From Thermoanaerobaculia bacterium (GTDB lineage: Bacteria; Acidobacteriota; Thermoanaerobaculia; UBA5066), in contig JASNYI010000001.1 of the NCBI GenBank assembly GCA_048500275.1, forward strand, positions 484,341-548,340: 64,000 nucleotides of DNA, written 5' to 3'. Below are positions 55,660 to 64,000 of this stretch, piece by piece. Below the pieces are notes generated by a model. That model saw only the letters and a program-made list of their open reading frames with translations. It did no database searches and was not told the origin of the DNA. The position numbers and the translations under genes were made by a program. The number at the start of each line of letters is the position of its first letter. Position 1 is the first letter of the stretch.

Positions 55660-56804
55660 GACGGGTCCTTCTCGTCGCGGCCTTCGGGGCCCCGGCTCTC
55701 GCCGCCCCGCTCGCGGCGCAGCCCGCGCGCCCCGCGCTCCCCCCCGCCACGGTCCCGCCGCCGGTCGTCGTCACGTCGACGGCCGACCGGACGACGGCGG
55801 CCGTCGGCGATCGGGTGACGGTCGTCTACGCCGCGAGGATCCCGGTGGGGGCCACGCTGAAGCTGACGACGCTCGTCTCTCCCGCCCGGCCGGAAGGGCA
55901 GCCCGCGACGGCGGGCTTCGTCCTCGACTTCGAGCCGGTCGGGCCGCCCGCCGTCGAGAAGGAGCGAGGCGGAACCGGCCTCGTCGACGTCCGGCAGGCG
56001 GTGGCGCTCGCCCCCTTCGTGCCGGGGGAGACGCGCATCCCGGGCCCGGTCTTCTCCTACGAGGCTCCCGACGGCTCGAAGGCCGTCGTCCGGGCGCCCG
56101 ACGTCGCGCTCACGGTCTCCTCGCGCCTCCCCGAAGGTGAGGACCCCGGGAAGCTCGCGCCGAAGCCGGAGCGCCCGGTCAGGATCCCCGCGCGGAGCCC
56201 GTGGTTCTGGGTTTCCATCGCCGCCGCTCTCGCCGCCGCCGCCGGCCTCGTCGCCTGGCTCGTGAGGAGGCGGAAGCGGAAGGAGGCGGTCGCCGGGGAG
56301 GCCGCTCCGCCGCCGCTGCCGCCCGACGTCGAGCTGGAGACGGCCCTCGCCGCCCTCGCCGCGCGCGCCGCCGCGCTGGACGGCGACCCGCGGCCCTTCT
56401 ACTCCGACCTGACACACGCGGCGAAGAGGTTCCTCGAGCGCCACCTCGGGGAACCGGTCCTCGAGTGGACGACGGTCGAGACGCTCCGCCGCCTGCGCGA
56501 GAAGGGGGCCGAGCCTCCGCGCGAGGTCGCGCTGTCCGACCTCCTCGCGGGAGCCGACCGGGTGAAGTTCGGGCGCGCCGGGTCGACGCCCGGCGACGCC
56601 GTCCGCGCGCTGGACGGCGCCCGCCACCTCCTCGCCTGGGGGCGCGTGAGGATCGCCGCGCAGGCCGCCGCGGACGCAGCCGCGGAAAGGGCGCCGGCGA
56701 AGGGGACGCGTGCGAAGGTCGGAAAGCTCGCGGTGGTCGCGAAGGGAAGGGCCCCCGCGACCCCGGCCACGCCCGCCGCGCCGCAGACGGGGAGGGGCCG
56801 ATGA
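55656..56804 (+). CDS. Hypothetical protein with signal peptide and central TM segment, in the moxR/bat operon (DUF4381-like position)
   Basis: The GTG overlaps the upstream stop (GTGA). The protein has an N-terminal signal sequence and a TM segment (WFWVSIAAALAAAAGLVAWLV) followed by RRRKRK. Confidence 0.5.
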   Translation: MRRVLLVAAFGAPALAAPLAAQPARPALPPATVPPPVVVTSTADRTTAAVGDRVTVVYAARIPVGATLKLTTLVSPARPEGQPATAGFVLDFEPVGPPAVEKERGGTGLVDVRQAVALAPFVPGETRIPGPVFSYEAPDGSKAVVRAPDVALTVSSRLPEGEDPGKLAPKPERPVRIPARSPWFWVSIAAALAAAAGLVAWLVRRRKRKEAVAGEAAPPPLPPDVELETALAALAARAAALDGDPRPFYSDLTHAAKRFLERHLGEPVLEWTTVETLRRLREKGAEPPREVALSDLLAGADRVKFGRAGSTPGDAVRALDGARHLLAWGRVRIAAQAAADAAAERAPAKGTRAKVGKLAVVAKGRAPATPATPAAPQTGRGR

Positions 56805-57844
56805 GCTTCCTCGCGTCGCTCCTCCCGTCGGGCCTGACCTTCCGCGACCCGGTCTTCCTCCTCCTCCTCCTCGTGGTCCCGGTCGCGATCGCCCTCAGGG
56901 TCGCCCGGGAGCGGAGGGGGGACGGCGCTCTCGTCGTCCCGACGCTCGCCTTCGTGTCGCGCGTGCGCCCGGGCTGGCGCGTGAGGTACCGGCACCTCCC
57001 GTTCGTCCTCGCGTGCGTCGGCTTCGCGGGCCTCGTCGTCGCCCTCGCCCGCCCCCGGGTCGGCCTCGAGCGGACCGAGTCGTGGACGGAGGGGGTCGAC
57101 ATCGTCGTCGCCCTCGACGCCTCGGGCTCCATGGCCGCCGAGGACTTCAAGCCGAAGAACCGCTTCTTCGTCGCGAAGGCGGCGACACGGACCTTCGTCG
57201 AGGGTCGCCCGCAGGACCGGCTCGGGCTCATCGCGTTCGCCGGCCGCTCGCGCACCGTCGTCCCGCTCACGACCGACCGCGCCATGCTGCTCCAGCGACT
57301 CTCGGAGATGAAGCTCGGGGACCAGGGCGACGGCACGGCCATCGGCATGGCGCTCGGCAACTCGCTGGCCCGCCTGGGCGCTTCGAAGGCGAAGTCGAAG
57401 GTCGTCGTCCTCGTCACCGACGGCGGGAACAACGCCGGGGAGATCGACCCCGACACCGCGGCGAACGTCGCGAAGGGCCTCGGCATCCGGGTCTACACGA
57501 TCGGCGTCGGGACCGCCGGGGGGCCGGTCGAGATCCCGGTCCCGGTCCGCGACCCCGACACGGGGCGCGTCGTCGAGAGGCGCGTGATGGCGCAGGTCGA
57601 CGTCGACGAGAAGCTCCTCGGCCGGATCGCCGAGGCGACGGGCGGCCGCTTCTTCCGCGCGACCGACCCCGCCGGACTCGCCGAGACCTATGCCGAGATC
57701 GACCGCCTCGAGAAGACCGAGGTGAAGACGACGACGTTCACGCGCTGGCGGGAGGTCTTCCCCCGGGTCGCCGTCCCTTCGGCCGGCGTCCTGGCCGCGG
57801 CCGCCCTCCTCGCCCTCCTCGCCTTCCCGGTGGCGCCGCGATGA
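56801..57844 (+). CDS. batA: vWA-domain protein BatA-like
   Basis: Two N-terminal TM helices are followed by the vWA MIDAS motif VVALDASGSM...VVVLVTDGGNN. The ATG overlaps the upstream stop (ATGA). Confidence 0.85.
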   Translation: MSFLASLLPSGLTFRDPVFLLLLLVVPVAIALRVARERRGDGALVVPTLAFVSRVRPGWRVRYRHLPFVLACVGFAGLVVALARPRVGLERTESWTEGVDIVVALDASGSMAAEDFKPKNRFFVAKAATRTFVEGRPQDRLGLIAFAGRSRTVVPLTTDRAMLLQRLSEMKLGDQGDGTAIGMALGNSLARLGASKAKSKVVVLVTDGGNNAGEIDPDTAANVAKGLGIRVYTIGVGTAGGPVEIPVPVRDPDTGRVVERRVMAQVDVDEKLLGRIAEATGGRFFRATDPAGLAETYAEIDRLEKTEVKTTTFTRWREVFPRVAVPSAGVLAAAALLALLAFPVAPR

Positions 57845-59637
57845 AGGAGCTCTTCCTCTCCCCGTCCTGGCTCGCCGCGGGCGCCGGCGTCGCGCTCCTC
57901 GCGGTCGTCGCCGCGTGGCTGGCGGCCCGCCGCGCGCGTCGGCGCCGCACGGCCTTCGTCTCCCCGGCGCTCGCCGAAAAGGCCGGCCTCCCGGTTCGCG
58001 ACCGCTGGACCCCGTTCGCCGCGCTCCTCGCGGTCGTCGCCGTCCTCGGAACGGGGATCGCGCTCGCGCGCCCCCGCTGGGGGGTCGTCACGGAGACGGT
58101 CGAGCGCCGGGGCGCCGACCTCGTCTTCGTCCTCGACACCTCCGCCTCGATGCGCGCCACCGACGTCACCCCTTCGCGCTTCGTCCTGGCGCGGCAGGCC
58201 GCGCTCTCCCTCGTCGAGAGGCTCCCCGGCGACCGGCTCGCCCTCGTCGGCTTCGAGGGGGAGGCGCAGGTCCTCGTCCCCCTCACTCTCGACGCCGCCG
58301 CGGTCGCCCTCTTCCTCGAGTCGCTCGAGCCCGGGATCGGCACCCTCCCGGGAACGTCCGTCGCCGCCGGCCTCGCGGCCGCCGCCGAGCTGATGCCCCC
58401 CGGGACGTCGGCCGGCCGGCAAGCGGTCGTCCTCTCCGACGGGGAGGACCTCGAGGGAGGCCTCGAGGACGCGATCGCGAAGGCCAGGACCGAGGGGATC
58501 GTCGTCCACACGGTCTTCGTCGGCCTCGAAGGGCGCGGCGCCCCGGTCCCGGAGGTCGATCTCTCCGGGCGTTCGGCCGGGTTCAAGACACAGGACGGCA
58601 CGCCGGTCCTCTCGCGCCCCGACCCCGCGGTCCTGCGTCGCCTCGCGGCCGAGACGGGGGGCAGCTTCAGCGTCGTCCAGCCGGGGAAGACCGACCTCGA
58701 CGGCGTCGCCCGCGAGGTCGACAAGGCCGCGCGCCGGCCGCTCTCCGGCTCCGTCGGAACGAACCGGCAGGAGCGCTTCCAGGTCCCGCTCGGCGCCGCG
58801 GTCGCCGCCCTCGCGCTCCTCCTCTTCGGCCCGGTCGGGTTCCTCTTTCGCCGGCCCGCGAAGGGAGCCGTCGGAACGCTCGCGCTGGCGCTCTTCGTCA
58901 GCGGCGCCCCCCTTCTCGCCCAGTCCGCGCCAACGGGGTCCGGCCCGGCCCCGGGGACCGCCCCGGGGCTCGCGGCCCCTGCGCCCCCGGCTTCCGGCGC
59001 GACGGCCGGGCCGCCCCCCGCTCCCGGCGGCCTCAAGGAGAGGGTCCTCTCGCGCCCCCCCTTCACGACCGCCCGCGGCGAGGCCCTCGCCGGAAAGAAG
59101 GCGCTCGAGGAGAAGAGGGTGGAGGAGGCCGTTTCTCACTTCGCCCGGGAGGCCGCGCTCGCCCCGAAGGACCCCGCCGGGCCCTACAACCTCGGGACCG
59201 CCCTGGCGGCGGCGGGACGCGGAGAGGAAGCCCTGGCGGCTCTGAAGAAGGCGAAGGGGTCGTCGAGGGGCGACCTCGCCGCCGACGCCGCCTTCAACTC
59301 GGGCAACGTCCTCCTGACCGCGCAGCAGTGGGAGGCGGCCGCGGCCTCCTACCGCGACGCGCTCCGGGCGCGACCGGGGGACGCCGACGCGGCGTACAAC
59401 TACGAGCTCGCGCTGAGGCGCCTCGAGCAGCAGAAGCAGGACCAGCAGAGACAGCAACAGCAGCAGAAGCCGGGCGAACCGCCGCCTCCCAAAGAGGACG
59501 ACTTCGAGAAGAAGGCGAAGATGAGCCGCGACAAAGCCGAGCAGCTCCTCCAGGCGATCGAGAGGAACGACCTCGAAGAGCAGCGAAAGAAGGTCGCCGA
59601 GCAGAAGAAGCAGCGGCGCCCCGGGAGGGACTGGTGA
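57841..59637 (+). CDS. batB: vWA plus TPR-domain protein BatB/BatC-like
   Basis: The vWA region (VFVLDTSASM) is followed by TPR repeats and a C-terminal Q/K/E-rich coiled region. The ATG overlaps the upstream stop. Confidence 0.8.
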   Translation: MKELFLSPSWLAAGAGVALLAVVAAWLAARRARRRRTAFVSPALAEKAGLPVRDRWTPFAALLAVVAVLGTGIALARPRWGVVTETVERRGADLVFVLDTSASMRATDVTPSRFVLARQAALSLVERLPGDRLALVGFEGEAQVLVPLTLDAAAVALFLESLEPGIGTLPGTSVAAGLAAAAELMPPGTSAGRQAVVLSDGEDLEGGLEDAIAKARTEGIVVHTVFVGLEGRGAPVPEVDLSGRSAGFKTQDGTPVLSRPDPAVLRRLAAETGGSFSVVQPGKTDLDGVAREVDKAARRPLSGSVGTNRQERFQVPLGAAVAALALLLFGPVGFLFRRPAKGAVGTLALALFVSGAPLLAQSAPTGSGPAPGTAPGLAAPAPPASGATAGPPPAPGGLKERVLSRPPFTTARGEALAGKKALEEKRVEEAVSHFAREAALAPKDPAGPYNLGTALAAAGRGEEALAALKKAKGSSRGDLAADAAFNSGNVLLTAQQWEAAAASYRDALRARPGDADAAYNYELALRRLEQQKQDQQRQQQQQKPGEPPPPKEDDFEKKAKMSRDKAEQLLQAIERNDLEEQRKKVAEQKKQRRPGRDW

Positions 59638-61490
59638 GGCGCCGTCCGGTCACGGCCCTCGCGCTCCTCGCGGCGGTCCTCTTCCTTCCCGCCGCCCTCC
59701 CGCTCGCCGCCGCGCAGGAGGAGCCGGAGGTCCAGGTCCTCGTCGACAACCCCCGCCCCGCCGCCGACGACGTGGTGCGGCTCACCTACGCCTTCACCGG
59801 GCCCGGGGTGGGAGGGAGCCTGAGGGCCCCCGCCGAGCTCCCCTTGAAGAACCTCGTCGTCGTCGGCGGCCCGAACAGCTCGACGCAGATCAGCTTCATC
59901 AACGGGCAGCTCTCCCGCTCCTCGAGCCTGACCTACTTCCTGCGTCCCACGGCGACCGGCCCGGCCGAGATCGGTGAGGCGACGTTCCGGATCGGCGAGA
60001 AGGAGCTGAAGGCGGGCGCCTATCTCCTCGAGGTCGGAACGGCCCGGCGCGCCCCGGGCGCCGGACCCGCCCCGCGGGCGGAGGAGGAAGACCCCTTCGG
60101 ACGGATGACGTCCCGTCCCGGGACCCGGCGCGCCGCCGTCGAGCGCGACTTCCCGGTCGGCGAGCCCCTCCTCGCGTTCGTCGCCGTCCCGAGCCGCGAG
60201 ACGGCGTACGTCGGAGAGGAGATCACCGTCTCCTACGAGCTGATGACGGAGGCCGAGGTCCAGGGGATCGAGTACGTCGAGGCACCCCAGTTCCCCGGCC
60301 TCTGGGCAGAGGACCTCGAACGCCCCGAACGGCCCCAGGGGCGCCGCGACACGTGGGAGGGGCGGGCCGTCGCCCGCTTCACCCTTCTGAAGAAGGCCGT
60401 GTCGGGCCTGACCCCGGGGACGGTGACGATCCCGCCCGCGAAGATCCGGCTCGGCATCCGCGTCGCCCTCGACCCGTTCGGCGACCCGTTCGCCATGCTG
60501 CGGCCCCGCGTCGTGGAGCGGGAGACGAAGCCCGTCACGCTGAAGGTCCTCCCGATCCCCGGGCGTCCCGACTTCCGGGGGCCGGTCGGGCAGTTCGGCG
60601 TCACCGCGAGCGTCGACCGGAAGAGCGTCCCCGCGGGCGAGGCGGTGACGCTCAAGGTCCGTCTCGCCGGCACGGGGAACCTCAGGACCGCGACCGAGAT
60701 CCCCCGGCTGTCGATCCCCGGGGTGAAGGTCTATCCCCCGTCCACGCGCACGCTCCCCGCGCGGGGCGCTTCGAAGGGGGGAACGAGCGCGGAGTGGGAC
60801 TTCGTCCTCGTCCCCACGGAACCGGGGCCCCTCGTCCTGCCCCCGGTCGCCTTCGAGGTCTTCGACACGGCCGAAAAGCGGGTCGTCTCGAGGAAGAGCG
60901 GACCGATCACGCTCGAGGTCGAGGCCGCTCCCGCGTCGGCGGTGGCGGCGGCAGACGGGCCCGCCCCCCCCGGGCCGGCCGCCGCCGAGAACGCCTCCGG
61001 GGCGACGACGACCCTCCCGGGCCTCCCGCCGACGCCGACGCCCGCCCCTTCCGCGCGGGAGCTGGCCCAGCGCACCGTCGCCATCCCGCTCTGGGCGCTC
61101 CTCGCCGTTCCCGGCGTCCTCGTCGTCGCCGGCGGGGCCGCGCTGGCCCTGCGCCGGCGGGCCCACTCCCTCGGGCCGGCGGGCGCCCTCCTCGTGCCCG
61201 AGCCGGAAGAGACGAAGGAGCGCGCCGTGGCGCGGGTGGAGCGGGCCGTCCGCGAGCACCTCGCCCGGAGGACGGGCGTGAGCGAGACGATTCCGACAGG
61301 CGCCCTCCTCGACGAGCTCGCCGCGCGAGGGGTGCCGCCGGCGCTCAGGGAGGAGCTGCGGCAGCTCCTCTCCCAGGCCGACTTCCTCCGGTTCGCACCC
61401 CAGCTCGGCGACTACACCGAGGAGATCGCCCGCCTCCGCGGAAAGGCCCGGGACGTGCTGGGACGCGTCCGCAGGGGCCGGCACGCCTAG
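59634..61490 (+). CDS. batD: BatD-like (oxygen-tolerance) protein
   Basis: The GTG overlaps the batB stop. A signal peptide is followed by a large extracytoplasmic beta-rich region and a C-terminal TM segment (AIPLWALLAVPGVLVVAGGAAL). Confidence 0.7.
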   Translation: MRRRPVTALALLAAVLFLPAALPLAAAQEEPEVQVLVDNPRPAADDVVRLTYAFTGPGVGGSLRAPAELPLKNLVVVGGPNSSTQISFINGQLSRSSSLTYFLRPTATGPAEIGEATFRIGEKELKAGAYLLEVGTARRAPGAGPAPRAEEEDPFGRMTSRPGTRRAAVERDFPVGEPLLAFVAVPSRETAYVGEEITVSYELMTEAEVQGIEYVEAPQFPGLWAEDLERPERPQGRRDTWEGRAVARFTLLKKAVSGLTPGTVTIPPAKIRLGIRVALDPFGDPFAMLRPRVVERETKPVTLKVLPIPGRPDFRGPVGQFGVTASVDRKSVPAGEAVTLKVRLAGTGNLRTATEIPRLSIPGVKVYPPSTRTLPARGASKGGTSAEWDFVLVPTEPGPLVLPPVAFEVFDTAEKRVVSRKSGPITLEVEAAPASAVAAADGPAPPGPAAAENASGATTTLPGLPPTPTPAPSARELAQRTVAIPLWALLAVPGVLVVAGGAALALRRRAHSLGPAGALLVPEPEETKERAVARVERAVREHLARRTGVSETIPTGALLDELAARGVPPALREELRQLLSQADFLRFAPQLGDYTEEIARLRGKARDVLGRVRRGRHA

Positions 61491-61499
61491 AATCGGACC

Positions 61500-62654
61500 G
61501 TGACCGTCCCATCGCGGGTCCTGCCGCCGTCGAAGCTCGCGCGCTTCATGGAGAGGCACCGCCTCCTCGACGAGACGAGCGGCACCGCCCCCGAGCGCTT
61601 CCTCCTGACGCTCGTCAAGAAGGCGCTCGACTTCGTCCCGGCGGAGGCGGCGGTCCTCCTCCTGGACGACCCGATCGCCAAGGAGGACGACCGGTCGCGC
61701 AACGAGCTGACCGTCGTCGCAACCGCCGGGGAGTTCCGCGAGACCGTCGTCGGCAACCGCGTGAGGCCCGTGGACGGGATCGCCGGCTTCACCTACGCGC
61801 GCGGCGAGCGGACGGCGGTGAACGAGATCAAGGGGGCGCACGCCCTTTCGCGCGAGGCCGACGACTCGTTCGCCGGCCCGGTCCGCAACGTCCTCGGGGT
61901 CCCGGTCGTCATCGAGGCGCACGTCTGTGGCTCCCTCGTGATCGTCAACCGCACCGACCCGGACGGCTTCGACCCTCGCGACGAGAGGCTCATGGCCCTC
62001 TTCGGCGACACCCTCTCGCTTGCCCTCCAGAACCTTCTGGACGAGCGGCGCGCGCGCGAGGTCGCCCGGCGGGACTCGCTGACCGCCCTCTACAACGACC
62101 GCTACTTCCACAAGAAGCTCCAGCAGGAGATCGACCGCCTGTCGGCCGGGGCCGACGGAGACCTCACGCTTCTCTTCCTCGACTGCGACCACCTGAAGGC
62201 GGTGAACGACGAGCACGGTCACCTCGCGGGCAGCCAGATCCTCCGCGAGGTCGCGTTCGTCCTGCAGCGGCAGCTCGCCACGACGACCTCCCTCCCCTGC
62301 CGGTACGGCGGCGACGAGTTCACCGTCATCCTCCTCGACTGCGACCTCTCCGGCGGCATGCAGATCGCCGAGCGGATCCGGCAGGCCATCCAGGAGTGGA
62401 CCTTCCTTCCGATCTCCATCGGCCCGGGGGAGCCGGCGCTGAGCCTCAAGGGCGTCATCACGATGTCCCTCGGCGTCGCCTCCTACCGCCGGCACTGCAC
62501 GCCGGGACGTCCCCCCAGCGAGCAGAAGAACGAGATCCTGAAGAAGGCCGACGCCGCGCTCTACCGGGCGAAGGACCGGGGCAAGAACTGCGTCGTGGAG
62601 GCCCGCCTCGAGTCGGGCCCTCCCTCCTTCTCGAGCATCCTCCTGAAGACCTGA
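61500..62654 (+). CDS. GAF-GGDEF diguanylate cyclase
   Basis: The protein is 384 aa with a GTG start. An N-terminal GAF-like domain is followed by a GGDEF domain with an intact active site (RYGGDEFTVIL). Confidence 0.85.
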   Translation: MTVPSRVLPPSKLARFMERHRLLDETSGTAPERFLLTLVKKALDFVPAEAAVLLLDDPIAKEDDRSRNELTVVATAGEFRETVVGNRVRPVDGIAGFTYARGERTAVNEIKGAHALSREADDSFAGPVRNVLGVPVVIEAHVCGSLVIVNRTDPDGFDPRDERLMALFGDTLSLALQNLLDERRAREVARRDSLTALYNDRYFHKKLQQEIDRLSAGADGDLTLLFLDCDHLKAVNDEHGHLAGSQILREVAFVLQRQLATTTSLPCRYGGDEFTVILLDCDLSGGMQIAERIRQAIQEWTFLPISIGPGEPALSLKGVITMSLGVASYRRHCTPGRPPSEQKNEILKKADAALYRAKDRGKNCVVEARLESGPPSFSSILLKT

Positions 62655-62902
62655 CCGGGCCCGGTGGGACCCCCGGCCCCTGCGCTCTCCAGGGGGCGCG
62701 CTCTCCGGGGGGCGCTGTTCGCGGCCCCCCGGACCCCCAGGTCCAGTGAGGCGGTGATCGTTCTCGGACCCGGTCTGCGCCCATTCGAGACGCGGCCGCC
62801 CGGACCCCCCAGGTCCGTAGAGGGACGAGCACTTACTCGACAGGTTCCAAGTAGAATGTGGCTTTGCGCCGCCTCGCGAGGGTGGCCCGAGGCGGAGGAA
62901 CC

Positions 62903-64000
62903 ATGCCGACCGTCACTACCGGGATCAACCCGAAGAACGTCCTCGACACGCTCGGCCGGCACATGCTCGTCGACGGCTACCACGTCGTCATGGACCTCGA
63001 CCGCTCCCGGGGGAGCGTCATCTACGACAGTCTCCACGACGTCGAGGTGCTCGACCTCTTCTCGCACTTCGCGACGATACCGGTCGGGTACAACCACCCG
63101 AAGCTCACGGACCCCGCCTTCCTCGACGAGCTTCGCCGGGCCGCCCTCACCAAGCCCGCCAACAGCGACATCTACACCCGGGAGATGGCCCGGTTCGTCG
63201 AGACGTTCGCGCGCGTCGCCGTCCCCCCGAGCCACTCCTCCCACCTGTTCTTCGTCGAGGGCGGGGCAGTGGGCGTCGAGAACGCCCTCAAGACCGCCTT
63301 CGACTGGAAGGTGAGGAAGAACTTCCGGAAGGGGTACCGCCGGGAGGTGGGTCACCAGGTCATCCACTTCGAGCAGGCCTTCCACGGACGGACCGGCTAC
63401 ACCCTCTCGCTGACGAACACCGCCGACCCGCGCAAGACGATGTACTTCCCGAAGTTCCCGTGGCCGCGGATCGTGAACCCGAAGCTCCGCTTCCCCGTCG
63501 ACGAAGCCGAGGTCGAGCGGGTGAGGAAGGTCGAGGACCTCGCGCTCGCGCAGGTGAAGCAGGCGCTCGTCGACCACCGCGACGACGTGGCGGCCCTCAT
63601 CATCGAGCCGATCCAGGCCGAGGGGGGCGACAACCACTTCCGCCCCGAATTCCTCGCCGCGCTGAGGCAGCTCTGCGACGAGAACGAGATGCTCTTCATC
63701 CTCGACGAGGTCCAGACCGGCATCGGCCTCACCGGCCGCATGTGGGGGTTCCAGACGGTCGGAGTCGTCCCCGACCTCTTCGCGTTCGGCAAGAAGATGC
63801 AGGTCTGCGGCTTCGCGTCGAACGAGCGCATCTTCGACGAGCCCGAGAACGTCTTCACGGTCTCCTCGCGCATCAACTCGACGTGGGGCGGCAACCTCGT
63901 CGACATGGTACGGGCCCGCAGGTACCTCGAGATCATCGACGAGGAGAACCTCGTCGAGAACGCCCGGGTCGTCGGCGGGTACCTGAAGGAGAAGCTCGAG
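62903..64000 (+). CDS. lat: L-lysine 6-aminotransferase (class III aminotransferase), 3'-truncated at window end
   Basis: The open frame starts at ATG 62903, with a Shine-Dalgarno ggaggaa 4 nt upstream. The translation reads MPTVTTGINPKNVLDTLGRHMLVDGYHVVMDLDRSRGSVIYDSLHDVEVLDLFSHFATIPVGYNHP...LFILDEVQTGIGLTGRMWGFQ...FGKKMQVCGF. The PLP-lysine region and the overall match identify the Lat family. The frame is absent from the ORF track because no stop codon lies inside the window. Confidence 0.8.
   Translation, partial: MPTVTTGINPKNVLDTLGRHMLVDGYHVVMDLDRSRGSVIYDSLHDVEVLDLFSHFATIPVGYNHPKLTDPAFLDELRRAALTKPANSDIYTREMARFVETFARVAVPPSHSSHLFFVEGGAVGVENALKTAFDWKVRKNFRKGYRREVGHQVIHFEQAFHGRTGYTLSLTNTADPRKTMYFPKFPWPRIVNPKLRFPVDEAEVERVRKVEDLALAQVKQALVDHRDDVAALIIEPIQAEGGDNHFRPEFLAALRQLCDENEMLFILDEVQTGIGLTGRMWGFQTVGVVPDLFAFGKKMQVCGFASNERIFDEPENVFTVSSRINSTWGGNLVDMVRARRYLEIIDEENLVENARVVGGYLKEKLE

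Overview
This is a 64 kb window from a high-GC (about 70% or more) bacterial chromosome, called by eye from the ORF translations. Many of the long ORFs in the six-frame track are GC-driven antisense artefacts and were discarded.

Gene content, in order along the window:
- A partial GNAT acetyltransferase and a secreted S9-family serine peptidase.
- A three-gene polyunsaturated-fatty-acid (PUFA) synthase-like megasynthase cluster of about 17 kb on the minus strand: a PfaD-type enoyl reductase; a KS-AT-ACP-ACP-KR-DH subunit; and a KS-CLF-AT-DH-DH subunit ending in a lysophosphatidic-acid acyltransferase (AGPAT) domain. A TetR regulator is transcribed divergently from the cluster.
- A small hypothetical protein and a TonB-dependent-receptor-like outer-membrane protein with a carboxypeptidase-regulatory-like N-terminus.
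- A DmsABC-like molybdopterin oxidoreductase (Tat-exported catalytic subunit, 4Fe-4S subunit, membrane anchor) next to a divergent FprA-like NADPH:ferredoxin reductase.
- A SAM-dependent methyltransferase divergent from a three-gene module (GT-C membrane glycosyltransferase, GT2 polyprenyl-phosphate sugar synthase-like, YdjC-family deacetylase). The module resembles the lipid-linked aminosugar modification systems LgmABC, FlmF2/NaxD/FlmK and ArnC/ArnT.
- OsmC, a GYD protein, an Ada-AlkA fusion plus Ogt, and a DinB-family protein.
- A housekeeping block: lon, a truncated YigZ, a YjdF-like protein, groES-groEL with a CIRCE operator, a DegT-family aminotransferase, rhomboid, HU, rsmB, fmt, ftsK, uppP, rsmA and trxA.
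- A moxR-DUF58-batA-batB-batD operon, a GAF-GGDEF diguanylate cyclase, and the start of a lysine 6-aminotransferase.

The most unusual non-coding signal is an AT-rich element of about 28-32 bp (core GGGGTCAGGTCTTGATTTTCTATT). It occurs in four near-identical copies plus one degenerate copy, always within about 40 bp of a stop codon. Two copies supply the last five codons and the stop codon (DGVRS*) to unrelated genes.

No tRNA or rRNA genes, CRISPR arrays, transposases or integrases were recognised.
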